Assembly (NCBI GenBank): GCA_964194555.1
Contig: CAXMMT010000078.1
Coordinates: forward strand, 10,576-74,575
Reading direction: 5' to 3'
Length of the DNA stretch: 64,000 nucleotides
Origin: an uncultured Boseongicola sp.
Lineage (GTDB): Bacteria; Actinomycetota; Acidimicrobiia; Spongiisociales; ZC4RG35
The translations under genes and the position numbers were made by a program. Positions 1 through 9,190 of this stretch are shown here, piece by piece. Positions within the stretch are counted from its first letter, which is position 1, and every line of letters starts with the position of its first letter. A model generated the notes under the pieces. It was not told the DNA's origin and did not search any database. It saw nothing but the letters and a program-made list of their open reading frames with translations.

Positions 1-661
1 CGGGTCAGGCGACCCATCGCCGGTGACCGCCAGGGGCTTGTATGCCGCCACCCGTGCGGTCGCCCAGAAGCTATGGGGCGACTCGGACATCGCTGGACGC
101 AAGTTTGCCGTACAAGGAGTAGGCAAGGTTGGCTCTGCATATGTTCAACTGCTGGTGGAAGCCCGGGCGGAGGTGGTCGTCACCGACGCCTACGAGCCTG
201 CGATCTGGGCCGCCGTGGAGCACTATGACGTAGAAGCCGCCGACCCTGGCGAGATCCACAAGGTCGAGTGCGACTTCTTCTCACCATGTGCGATGGGTGC
301 AGGTCTCAACGAGACGACCATCCCCGAGCTCAACTGTGCCGCAGTTGTGGGCAGTGCCAACAATCAGCTCGCCGTCGACAAGGACGCAGAGCGGTTGGCG
401 GATCGGGACATCCTCTACGCCCCCGATTTCGTCGTGAATGCCGGAGGACTCATCAACGTGTATGACGAACTACTGGGCTTTTCCAAGACCCGAGCTCTTC
501 ACCGCGTCGACTCCATTTTCGACGCAACCATGACGATCCTCGATACCGCCGAGAAGCACGACATCAACCCAAACGACGCGGCGATGAAGGTCGCTGAGGA
601 CCGAATCCGCAACATAGGGGATCTCCGGCGGTTCCGGCGGAGCGGGGACGACCGCAACTGA
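1..661 (+). CDS. Leucine/valine dehydrogenase (Glu/Leu/Phe/Val dehydrogenase family), C-terminal part; 5' end lies outside the window
   Basis: NAD-binding Rossmann motif GVGKVG and C-terminal LeuDH/ValDH-like sequence. The ORF is open to position 1. The E1 gene follows 3 nt downstream. Confidence 0.7.
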   Translation, partial: GSGDPSPVTARGLYAATRAVAQKLWGDSDIAGRKFAVQGVGKVGSAYVQLLVEARAEVVVTDAYEPAIWAAVEHYDVEAADPGEIHKVECDFFSPCAMGAGLNETTIPELNCAAVVGSANNQLAVDKDAERLADRDILYAPDFVVNAGGLINVYDELLGFSKTRALHRVDSIFDATMTILDTAEKHDINPNDAAMKVAEDRIRNIGDLRRFRRSGDDRN

Positions 662-663
662 CC

Positions 664-2691
664 GTGCAGACCGTCAGAATCCAACTGGACCACCGGGATC
701 TCGGACTCTCAGACGATCAGTTGGTCGAGATGTACCGGCTCATGCTCATGGCCCGACGCGTCGACGACCGAATGTGGGCTCTGCAGAGACAGGGGCGGGC
801 GGCATTCGTGTTGGGGTCCTCGGGACACGAAGCCATTCAGGTGGCCTCGGTGTTTGCACTCGACAAAGAGAAGGATTGGATTCTCCCCTACTACCGCGAC
901 ATGGGTGTTGGTCTCGCTTGGGGCTTTTCGCCCAGGGACATCTTCCTCGGAGTCTTCGCCAAGAGAGGAGACCCGATGTCGGGTGGCCGTCAACTCCCCA
1001 GCCACTGGTCTGATCCGGATAAGCGAGTCTTCACCCAGTCATCGGTGATCGGAACGCAGTTTCCCCACGCGGCCGGAATCGCTCACGGCATCAAGAATCG
1101 AGGCTCGGACGCCGTTGTCGTCGTTTATGGCGGCGAAGGGGCGACATCTGAAGGTGACTGGCACGAAGCAATGAACTGGGCCGGGATTCACGAGCTCCCG
1201 TTGATATTCGTCATCGAGAACAACCACTACGCCATCTCAGTCCCTTCAGAGGAGGAGGTCGCCGGCCGGATCGCCGACCGTGCCGCAGGTTACGGCTTCC
1301 CCGGTTTCGCCATCGACGGCAACGGTCCGCTCGAGGTCGTGGCCACCATGCAGCGTGCGGTGGCGAGGGCTCGGGCGGGGGAAGGACCAACCCTGATCGA
1401 GGCCGAGACCTACCGGTACTACGCCCATACCTCCGACGACAACGACAATCTCTACCGCTCGCGTGAGGAAGTAGAGACGTGGCGCAAAAAGGACCCTGTG
1501 GCCCGTCTCCAGCAGTACTTGATCGAGAACCGGATGCTCAGCGAGGCTGAGGACGCCGAACTCGACTCGAGTGTCGTGGAAGAGCTCGCCGTCGCGGTCA
1601 AAGAGGCCGAGAGCGCCCCCGACCCTGACGAGCCCACCTCCCGTGTCTACGCCAAGGGCATCGACCCGGGTCCCGCCGTGACCGAGCCGGAGATCCTTCC
1701 CGATGGGGACCGCATCAACCTGATAACGGCAGTGAACCGAACTCTCCACGAAATCTTCGAAGCTCATCCGGACACCGTCGTGTTTGGAGAGGATGTCGCT
1801 CGCGAGAAGGGTGGTGTGTTCAAGGCCACCCAGGGGCTCACCGAGCGTTTCGGGGCAGAGCGGTGTTTCAACGCTCCCATCGCGGAATCATCAATCATCG
1901 GCTGCGCGATAGGCATGTCGGCGGTTGGATTCAAGGTGATCCCGGAGATCCAGTTCGCCGACTACATCCACCCGGCTTTCAACCAGATCGTGTCGGAAGC
2001 GGCCAGGGTCAGTTTCCGCTCCGATGGACGATGGACCGTCCCGATCGTGATCCGGGCCCCGTATGGAGCCGGAATTCACGGCGCCCTCTATCACTCTCAA
2101 TCGGTCGAGTCTTTCTACGCCCATGTTCCAGGCCTGAAAGTCGTCGTGCCGTCGACTCCCGCCGACGTAAAGGGCCTACTTCACACGGCTGTCGAAGACC
2201 CAGACCCTGTGATATTCCTCGAGCCGAAGAAGCTGTACCGATTGGCGAAGGGCCCGTTCCCGGAAGGGGAGCACAGGATCCCCCTGGGCAAAGCGGCTGT
2301 CCGGCACGCTGGCTCCGACCTGACCATCATTGCGTACGGTGCTATGGCTCACTTTGCAATGGAGGCCATCCCCGTGCTGGAAGAACTAGGGATCAGCCCT
2401 GAGGTCATCGACCTTCGCAGTCTCAAGCCTCTTGACTGGGCGACCATCGAGACGTCTATTCAGAAGACGTCACGTGCCCTGATCGTTCATGAGGACAACG
2501 AGTTTCTCGGCTACGGTGCCGAGATCGCCGCTCAGATCGCCGACAAGACATTCGAGTGGCTCGATGCGCCCGTAAAACGTCTTGCCCTTCCTGACGTTCC
2601 GATCATGCCCTACGCCGGCTCCCTCGAACACAAGCTCTATCTGACCCCCGAGGACATCGTGGAGAATGCCCAGGAGTTGGCCAAGTACTGA
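664..2691 (+). CDS. Branched-chain 2-oxoacid dehydrogenase E1 component, fused alpha+beta subunits (TPP-dependent)
   Basis: 675 aa. The N-terminal half matches E1-alpha (YRLMLMARRVDDRMWALQRQGR, GEGATSEGDWHEAMNWAG). The C-terminal half matches E1-beta (transketolase-like, FNAPIAESSIIGCAIGMS, EIQFADYI). Confidence 0.8.
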   Translation: MQTVRIQLDHRDLGLSDDQLVEMYRLMLMARRVDDRMWALQRQGRAAFVLGSSGHEAIQVASVFALDKEKDWILPYYRDMGVGLAWGFSPRDIFLGVFAKRGDPMSGGRQLPSHWSDPDKRVFTQSSVIGTQFPHAAGIAHGIKNRGSDAVVVVYGGEGATSEGDWHEAMNWAGIHELPLIFVIENNHYAISVPSEEEVAGRIADRAAGYGFPGFAIDGNGPLEVVATMQRAVARARAGEGPTLIEAETYRYYAHTSDDNDNLYRSREEVETWRKKDPVARLQQYLIENRMLSEAEDAELDSSVVEELAVAVKEAESAPDPDEPTSRVYAKGIDPGPAVTEPEILPDGDRINLITAVNRTLHEIFEAHPDTVVFGEDVAREKGGVFKATQGLTERFGAERCFNAPIAESSIIGCAIGMSAVGFKVIPEIQFADYIHPAFNQIVSEAARVSFRSDGRWTVPIVIRAPYGAGIHGALYHSQSVESFYAHVPGLKVVVPSTPADVKGLLHTAVEDPDPVIFLEPKKLYRLAKGPFPEGEHRIPLGKAAVRHAGSDLTIIAYGAMAHFAMEAIPVLEELGISPEVIDLRSLKPLDWATIETSIQKTSRALIVHEDNEFLGYGAEIAAQIADKTFEWLDAPVKRLALPDVPIMPYAGSLEHKLYLTPEDIVENAQELAKY

Positions 2692-2770
2692 GTCGCTCCC
2701 AGTGGTATCCAACAGGGCAGAACCGGAGGTGATCACTGCTTGGTGCCCCGAGGGATATCTGCGAGAGTCG

Positions 2771-3910
2771 CTAGACGACCTCTCCTAGTTCCCTTCGGAC
2801 GATTGCAGCGCCCTCTGCAAGAGCATTCATTTTGGCCTGAGCGACTGGCCGCGACAGTGGAACCATTCCACAGTTGGTACACGGGTAGAGCTTCTCAGGC
2901 GCAATGTGCTCCAAGACTGCGCGGATCGTCTCTGCGACCTGCTCGGGTGTTTCCACGGCGTCGGTGGCAACGTCGATCACTCCGGCCAGCACTTCCTTAC
3001 CGTCCAGCATGTCCAGAAGTGCGAGCGGGACATTGGAGTTGGCGACTTCTATCGATATTTGGTCGATCGAAGACTCAGCCAGCACCGGGAAGGTCGACTC
3101 GTACTGACGCCACTCGTCTCCGAGACTTCGCTTCCACTCGATATTCGCCTTGATACCGTATCCGTAACAGATGTGAACGGCCGTAGTGACACTCAGTCCC
3201 TCAGCCGCTCGCTCCAAAGCTTCGATGCCCCAGCCAGCCACATCATCGAGAAAGACGTTGAAAGCCGGCTCATCGAACTGGATCAGGTCCACCCCGGCCA
3301 TCTCGAGCTCCCTGGCCTCCTCGTTGAGGATCTCAGCAAACACCATGGCCAACTCCTCACGATCGCCATAGAAGTCGTCGGCGAGAGTGTCTGACATGGT
3401 CATCGGACCGGGCAACTGGTATTTGATGGGCTGTTCGGTCAGCGATCTCAAGAACTTGGCGTCTTCCACATAGACACCCCGGCTACGGGACACCGGACCA
3501 ACCACTCTCGGCACAGACGCCTCATAACGCTGTCTGATGGTGATGTCAGCACGATTGTCCGAGTCGACACCTTCAAGACCTTCGATGAACGTCGTGACGA
3601 AGTGTTGTCTCGTTTGCTCGCCGTCCGTGATGACATCCAGTCCTGCTGCCTGCTGGTCAGCTACTGCGAGTCGGACAGCGTCATGTCTCGCCTCATCCAG
3701 CAATTCGCCCTCCGCCAACCAGTCGGCCCAGATCTGGTCAGGCGTGCTCAACCATCCTGGTTTGGGAAGACTCCCGGCGATTGTCGTGGAGAGAAGAGAA
3801 GTCACTGTGTTGCAGCTGGCGACGGTGTTGGAACGATGATCCGAGAGTAACCGGACCGCGGAACCTGCTGGTGAGTAGCGTACCGCGACCGTACTCATGT
3901 TGGAGAGCAC
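2771..3910 (-). CDS. Cobalamin-independent methionine synthase (MetE C-terminal domain-like) family protein
   Basis: TTIAGSLPKPGWL N-terminal motif, DVITDGE, and VHICYGY...NCGM C-terminal Zn-ligand region typical of MetE-like methyltransferases. The first ~35 codons are low-complexity, so the real start may be the GTG near 3805. Confidence 0.65.
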   Translation of the reverse strand: MLSNMSTVAVRYSPAGSAVRLLSDHRSNTVASCNTVTSLLSTTIAGSLPKPGWLSTPDQIWADWLAEGELLDEARHDAVRLAVADQQAAGLDVITDGEQTRQHFVTTFIEGLEGVDSDNRADITIRQRYEASVPRVVGPVSRSRGVYVEDAKFLRSLTEQPIKYQLPGPMTMSDTLADDFYGDREELAMVFAEILNEEARELEMAGVDLIQFDEPAFNVFLDDVAGWGIEALERAAEGLSVTTAVHICYGYGIKANIEWKRSLGDEWRQYESTFPVLAESSIDQISIEVANSNVPLALLDMLDGKEVLAGVIDVATDAVETPEQVAETIRAVLEHIAPEKLYPCTNCGMVPLSRPVAQAKMNALAEGAAIVRRELGEVV

Positions 3911-3961
3911 TAAGCCGAAGCATTATCTTCAAACAAGGCACCGAGATAGGAGGAGCAACCA

Positions 3962-4261
3962 ATGGCGGCTTACCTGATTGCAGACGTACTACCCGAAGAT
4001 ATCGAGGCCTACAGAGCGAGTGGATATCCTGAAGCTGCGGTTGCTACTGCGAAGGCTCACGGTGGGGTCTACAGGGCTCGGGGCGGTGAGACAATTGTGC
4101 TGGAGGGTGATTGGGAGCCTGAGCGAATGGTGGTCATCGAGTTCCCCTCCATGGACCAACTCCTTGCCTGGTATTCCAGTCCCGAGTATCAGGAATGGGC
4201 GCCGGTTCGCCAGGGTTTTGCTCCGAACTCGAAGTTAGTGGCCCTGGAAGGTACTCCTTAG
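3962..4261 (+). CDS. DUF1330 family protein
   Basis: 99-aa ORF with GGAGG RBS 7 nt upstream. The sequence (YLIADVLPEDIEAYRASGYPEAAVATAKAHGGVYRARGGETIVLEGDWEP...VIEFPSMDQLLAWYSSPEYQEWAPVR) matches the DUF1330 pattern. Confidence 0.6.
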   Translation: MAAYLIADVLPEDIEAYRASGYPEAAVATAKAHGGVYRARGGETIVLEGDWEPERMVVIEFPSMDQLLAWYSSPEYQEWAPVRQGFAPNSKLVALEGTP

Positions 4262-4348
4262 GCCACCCCGAGGCCGGCGTTGGGCCCTTTTCCCGGGTCG
4301 AAAGGCCTGCCCTGTCAAGCGCTCCTCGCCAGACCGAGGCAGGTGCCC

Positions 4349-4514
4349 CAGTGGTCTGTCGCTCAATTGATGCCGCGGTGTCACCGAGTCATCTGCGTCA
4401 TCTGGCAAGGACGCACAACGAAGACGCAGCCTTAGCTGCGTCAAGGCGGAGGACGCCGCCAGGGGCGTCGAGGGCCGGTGAGACCGCGTAGCTATTTGGG
4501 CGACAGACCACTAG
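4349..4514 (-). repeat. MITE/REP-like ~168-bp element, copy 1 (inverted relative to copies 2 and 3), with 15-bp terminal inverted repeats
   Basis: The reverse complement is ~92% identical to 33796-33963 and 49937-50104. Termini are CTAGTGGTCTGTCGC ... GCGACAGACCACTAG. Confidence 0.75.
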
Positions 4515-4520
4515 GCGCCG

Positions 4521-5246
4521 CTACCTTCGCGATGAATCGACAGTATTCCGGCTGAGAAATTCGACAAGAAAATCGGCCACCAAAGAAGAGTCTGGCTCGA
4601 TGTCCAATGAGGCGACACCGTCGTCTGCGGTTTCAGACGGAAAAGTCGTTCCACGTCGAAGTTCGAAGAGGCTGCGTGCGAAGTCGAGATCCATCTCAGG
4701 GTGACCCTGGATGCCGAGCATGGAGGACCCCACAGTCATCGCCGAAACCGGGCAGTGATCGTTCCAGCCGATGATTCTTCCCCCCACCGGCAACTTCTCA
4801 ATCTGGTCTTGATGGCTGTTGATGAGACGGAACGAATCAACACCATCAGGCACGAAGCCCAGACCGTCGGCTAGTTGAACCGTCTTGACGCCAACCCCCC
4901 AACCTCTATCCGCCCTGACGACCGTGCCACCGAGTGACTTGGCCAGGAGCTGATGCCCGAAACAGACTCCGACAAGAGGAACACCTCCTGTCGCCGTCTT
5001 GCGTATGAACTCCTCCAAGCGACGGATCCACTCGAAGTCGTCATTCACCGAGTGTCGAGATCCCGTAATGAGCCAAGCATCACATTCGGCAGGACTCCAC
5101 GGAATCTCGCCGCTGACCGCGTCGTAAACAACCAGCTCCACCTCCGGGTGACCGGCCAGCAGCCTCCGAAACATCACGTCATTGTCCCCTGAGATCCCCG
5201 CCAGGTCAGGTGACACATGGTCGCAGACCAGAAGCCCCACCCTCAT
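4521..5246 (-). CDS. Class I glutamine amidotransferase-like protein (PuuD / gamma-glutamyl hydrolase-like)
   Basis: GVCFGHQLL catalytic Cys motif and HPE near the C-terminus. The likely start is MRVGLLVCDH at 5246; the longer track ORF has a low-complexity N-terminus. Confidence 0.7.
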   Translation of the reverse strand: MRVGLLVCDHVSPDLAGISGDNDVMFRRLLAGHPEVELVVYDAVSGEIPWSPAECDAWLITGSRHSVNDDFEWIRRLEEFIRKTATGGVPLVGVCFGHQLLAKSLGGTVVRADRGWGVGVKTVQLADGLGFVPDGVDSFRLINSHQDQIEKLPVGGRIIGWNDHCPVSAMTVGSSMLGIQGHPEMDLDFARSLFELRRGTTFPSETADDGVASLDIEPDSSLVADFLVEFLSRNTVDSSRR

Positions 5247-5266
5247 GTCGGAATCGGTTGGTGATT

Positions 5267-6046
5267 TCACTCGGGCGTCACGTATGCGGCGGTGATCCCA
5301 CCGTCGACCACGAACTCGGTTCCGGTTACATAAGACGACTCGTCCGAGGCGAGGTAGAGCGCAGCCTTTGCCATCTCGGCGGCCTCCCCGAACCGCCCCA
5401 TGGGAATGTGAACCAACCGTCTCTGTCTCTTCTCCTCGGTGTCGAGGAATTTCATCAACAGCCCGGTCTTCAACGGGCCGGGGCACAATGCGTTGACCCT
5501 GATGTTCTCTCTCGCATGGACCACGGCCAACTCCCGGGTCATGGCGAGAACTGCCCCTTTGGACGCGGTGTAAGCGATTTGAGGGGTTGCCGCGCCGAGA
5601 AGGGCCACGAATGAGGCCGTGTTGATGATCGACCCTCCTCCCGCTCGACGAAGAGCCGGGATCCCATACTTGCAGCCAAGAAAGACGCCCCTGGCGTTGA
5701 CTCCCATTGTGAAGTCCCAGGTGTCCTCTGCTGTTGACATCGCATCATCGTCTGCGGGATGCATGATGCCCGCGTTGTTGAACATGATGTCCAATCGGCC
5801 GTACAAACTCTCCGCCGAGGCCACCATCTCCTCACAGTCGCCGGCCGACGACACATCGGCCACTTGGGCCGTCGCGCTCCCTCCCGCGGCACCGACCATC
5901 TCCACCGTCTCCATGGCTGCTTCCTCGTTGATATCCGCTGCGACAACAGAAGCCCCCTCGGAGCAGAAAAGCAGCGTCGTCTCGCGCCCGATTCCCGAGC
6001 CGGCGCCGGTGATCAGCGCAACCTTCTGGCCCAGCCTGCCCGTCAT
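5267..6046 (-). CDS. SDR family NAD(P)-dependent oxidoreductase
   Basis: TGAGSGIG cofactor motif, NNAG, and YTASKGAV catalytic YxxxK. The start at 6046 overlaps the upstream stop by ATGA. Confidence 0.8.
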   Translation of the reverse strand: MTGRLGQKVALITGAGSGIGRETTLLFCSEGASVVAADINEEAAMETVEMVGAAGGSATAQVADVSSAGDCEEMVASAESLYGRLDIMFNNAGIMHPADDDAMSTAEDTWDFTMGVNARGVFLGCKYGIPALRRAGGGSIINTASFVALLGAATPQIAYTASKGAVLAMTRELAVVHARENIRVNALCPGPLKTGLLMKFLDTEEKRQRRLVHIPMGRFGEAAEMAKAALYLASDESSYVTGTEFVVDGGITAAYVTPE

Positions 6047-7422
6047 ATTCGCTCGAAGTAGCGGACTCGTTCCCAATCAGTGACAGCGTTGTCATAGGCA
6101 CTCTGCTCGGTGCGAAAAAAGTGAGAATAATGGGCCTGGACGTCGGCTCCGAATACCCCACGGACGAACTCGGAGTTGGCGAACAGATCGATGGCGTCCC
6201 GGAGGGTCTTGGGGACCACGGAAAGCTCGTCGGCCTGATAGACGTCTCCTTCGAAGATGTCGGGCGGTTCGATGTGGTTGACGATGCCGTCCATCCCGGC
6301 CGCCAACACCCCTGCAAACGCCAGGTAGGGGTTGACGTCGGCGCCCGGGATCCGACACTCGATGCGCAGGCTCTGATCCCGTCCAACCACGCGAAAACCG
6401 GCGGTTCGGTTGTCGTAGCTCCACGCCAGTCGGGTGGGCGCCCATGAACCATCCTGGTAGCGCTTGTAGGAGTTGACCGTGGGAGCCATGAACACCATCA
6501 GGTCAGGAGCGTGGGCCATCCAACCGCCGAGGAACCAGCGGAAGATGTCGCTGCCGTGAACTGGGCCGATTGGATGCTCACCCGGAAAAGCACTTTTGTC
6601 CCCTTCCCACAAGCTCACATGGAGGTGACATGAAGATCCTGCCTCGTCCGCCGACGGCTTGGCCATGAAGGTGACCGAGGCTCCCATGCCGTCCGCTATC
6701 TCCTTCATCGCCTGTTTCATGACGGTATGACGATCTGCCATCTCCAAGATCTCGGAGTAGCGGATGTTCATCTCGTGCTGGCCCCGGCCCCACTCCCCTT
6801 TCGAGTTCTCCACGGGGATCCCCGAGCCTGCCAGATGACGCCGTACCTCGCCGTTGTAGAACTCCTCACGGGTTCCCTGAAGCAGGTGATAGTCCTCGAT
6901 GTACCAGCCCGCGGCCGTCAGATCCTGATAGTTCTTCTCGGCTGCTTGCCGGTAGGAGTCCTGGAACAAAAAGTACTCGAGCTCGGATGCACCCTTCGCG
7001 ACGTACCCCGACTGGGCCGCCTTCTCGACTTGGCGTCGGAGCATGGTGCGGGGAGCCACCGGTACCAGTTCATCGGAATGGGGATCCCGAAGATCGCACA
7101 AAACAAGCGCGCTGCGATCCAACCAGGTCGCCAGACGAAGTGTTGTGAGGTCTGGAACCATATGGAAGTCGCCGTAACCCAACTCCCAGTTGGCGTATTC
7201 ATAGCCGGGAACGGGCTCCATCTCCATGTCGGCTGTGAGCAGATAGTCAGAACCATGAGTGCCGTGCTCGAGCCCTACGTCGATGAAATGTCCCGCGTCG
7301 AATCTCTTACCGAGAACCCGCCCGTAGTGATCGGTGAAGGCAACGACAACGGTGTCGATCTCGTCTGTCTCGACTCTTTGCTCGAGATCTTCAATCTCGA
7401 GCATGCCCCGCGGGTTATCCAT
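6043..7422 (-). CDS. Glutamine synthetase family protein (GlnA-like; possible gamma-glutamyl-amine synthetase)
   Basis: 459 aa. GS catalytic-domain motifs (KPSADEAGSSCHLHVSLW, NSYKRY, RIECRIPGADVNPYLA). Confidence 0.8.
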   Translation of the reverse strand: MDNPRGMLEIEDLEQRVETDEIDTVVVAFTDHYGRVLGKRFDAGHFIDVGLEHGTHGSDYLLTADMEMEPVPGYEYANWELGYGDFHMVPDLTTLRLATWLDRSALVLCDLRDPHSDELVPVAPRTMLRRQVEKAAQSGYVAKGASELEYFLFQDSYRQAAEKNYQDLTAAGWYIEDYHLLQGTREEFYNGEVRRHLAGSGIPVENSKGEWGRGQHEMNIRYSEILEMADRHTVMKQAMKEIADGMGASVTFMAKPSADEAGSSCHLHVSLWEGDKSAFPGEHPIGPVHGSDIFRWFLGGWMAHAPDLMVFMAPTVNSYKRYQDGSWAPTRLAWSYDNRTAGFRVVGRDQSLRIECRIPGADVNPYLAFAGVLAAGMDGIVNHIEPPDIFEGDVYQADELSVVPKTLRDAIDLFANSEFVRGVFGADVQAHYSHFFRTEQSAYDNAVTDWERVRYFERI

Positions 7423-7490
7423 CGATCCTCCTGGCAGTGCAGTCAGGGCACACTATCCGTTCGATTGCCAACCGGTCGGGGCAGCCCTCC

Positions 7491-9122
7491 TCATGTGGCC
7501 ACCGGGATCTCCCGATCGCGGAGAAACTCGGCGAGTTTCTCCTCGGCCTGGTCGCCGAAAAGGATCCTGACGGCTTCGTCGAGGCCGGGGGACTCGATGA
7601 CGTCACTGTCGGGTATGACTTGGGTGATTTTGGAGCGTCTGCGAAGAAAGTCCTCCAGCTTGGTGACCATCTCGGTGTCCGCGGCCAGATGCAACTCGAC
7701 CCGGACGTAGTCGGCGCTTTCGATGATGTCCTCACCCATCGCCGGGTCCTTGCGGATCTCATCGAGCATCCCAAAGGCGCGGCGGCCGTATCGACGCCAC
7801 AACCGCTCGGAGAGGGCTTCGAGACCCTCGGTCGACCGAAGATCGTCAAGATGCATCAGCCGGGCCTGACGAAAGAACTCCGTTCGCGTGTGGCTAACCG
7901 GCTCTCCATACCAGTTGTGGGTGTCTGGCTCCAGGGGAACGCCTAGAGCCTCAACCGCGTCGGCGACCTCTTCGCCGACGTTCAGACAGTCGGTGAGCTT
8001 CCCCCCGAAGATCGTGATAACGCTTCGCTTGGTGTCTGTCTCGACCTCGTGCTTCCGCGAGAGCTTGGTCCAGTCGACATCCTCACCGACGGAGCTGTCG
8101 ACTCTCACCACCAGGGAACGGACACCACTGCGGTCGGCGATGACATCTGACGGGGTCAGCGGTGATGCAAGGTCTAGCCGTCGGTTGATCTGCTCCAGCA
8201 GAAAGTCACGGTCCTCATCCGTGACTTTCGTGAATGGCGAATCGACCCGGGTGTCGGTTGTACCGATCACCGACCGCATGCCCATTGGGATCACGTAGAA
8301 CAGCCGCTTGGTGTCGTCATAGAAAGCAAGAACCCTGTCTCTTGGTGTGAGCTGAGGAACGATGAGATGGATGCCTTTGGAGAAAACCACCCGATGCTCA
8401 GTGCTCACAGCGAACTGATCGTTGAGCTCACCGACGAAAGGGCCAGTCGCGTTGATCAGGACGCGACAGGTACAGGAGAATGGATCCTCCCCCGTTTCGA
8501 CATCGCGTAGCGTCACCAGCCAGCGCCCACCCTGATAGTCGGCATCCACCATTTCGACATAGTTGACAGCTTTTGCTCCGGCATCGAGAGCCGATCTCAC
8601 GAAGCCAAAGACAAACCTCGAATCGTTGTCCGACAGATAGGCGTCGTAGTACTCGATCCCACCGCGAGCCCGGCTGGTGTCGATGATGGGTTCTATCTGC
8701 TCGATCCTCTTCGGGGTGAGCAGTCGCGGTCGATGGGTCTTGAAGCCTCCGATCACCCAATAGGCCACTGAGCCAAGGCCGGCCAGCCACGGTGGGTAAG
8801 GAGAGGCGTCGTCGAGCGTGGCGAGAAAACTGATGGGCTTGACATTGTCCGGGTAGGCCCGCACCAGCCTGTTTCGAGATAGACAAAGCTTGCGAACCAA
8901 AAGCAGCTCGAATCCCTCCAGGTATTTGAAGCCTCCCCACACCAGGTTCGAGGAGGTCTGGCTGGTGAATCCGCCAAAATCCCCGCGATCGACAAGGGCA
9001 ACCTCGGCGCCTCGGCCGGCCAGTACCGCTGCGGAGACGGCTCCGTTGATCCCGCCACCTATGACCAGGGCATCGAATGAGCCGTCACGAATCCTGGCGA
9101 TGCTGGTGCTTCGCAGAGTCAC
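7491..9122 (-). CDS. glpD: Aerobic glycerol-3-phosphate dehydrogenase (FAD-dependent)
   Basis: N-terminal FAD fold FDALVIGGGINGAVSAAVLAGRG...SSNLVWGGFKYLE and overall 543-aa GlpD-like layout. Confidence 0.85.
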   Translation of the reverse strand: MTLRSTSIARIRDGSFDALVIGGGINGAVSAAVLAGRGAEVALVDRGDFGGFTSQTSSNLVWGGFKYLEGFELLLVRKLCLSRNRLVRAYPDNVKPISFLATLDDASPYPPWLAGLGSVAYWVIGGFKTHRPRLLTPKRIEQIEPIIDTSRARGGIEYYDAYLSDNDSRFVFGFVRSALDAGAKAVNYVEMVDADYQGGRWLVTLRDVETGEDPFSCTCRVLINATGPFVGELNDQFAVSTEHRVVFSKGIHLIVPQLTPRDRVLAFYDDTKRLFYVIPMGMRSVIGTTDTRVDSPFTKVTDEDRDFLLEQINRRLDLASPLTPSDVIADRSGVRSLVVRVDSSVGEDVDWTKLSRKHEVETDTKRSVITIFGGKLTDCLNVGEEVADAVEALGVPLEPDTHNWYGEPVSHTRTEFFRQARLMHLDDLRSTEGLEALSERLWRRYGRRAFGMLDEIRKDPAMGEDIIESADYVRVELHLAADTEMVTKLEDFLRRRSKITQVIPDSDVIESPGLDEAVRILFGDQAEEKLAEFLRDREIPVAT

Positions 9123-9190
9123 CGACTGATGCTTTCCCTACCTGCATAGGGTTTCTCCGCCCGGGGTTGAATGTTGCGGAGCAAGTCCGC

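Noticed and set aside
4195-4491. Track ORFs across the repeat copies (4195..4491 +, 33565..33930 +, 49961..50812 -)
   Set aside because: They share the peptide ...CRSIDAAVSPSH.RHLARTHNE.AA.AASRRRTPPGA.RAG only because they run through the same ~168-bp repeat. They are repeat-derived open frames, not a gene family.
5539-6452. Several overlapping ORFs (5539..5946 -, 5619..6083 +, 5832..6452 -) inside the SDR and GS genes
   Set aside because: These are alternative frames of strongly supported genes, with Arg/Pro/Ser-rich low-complexity sequence.
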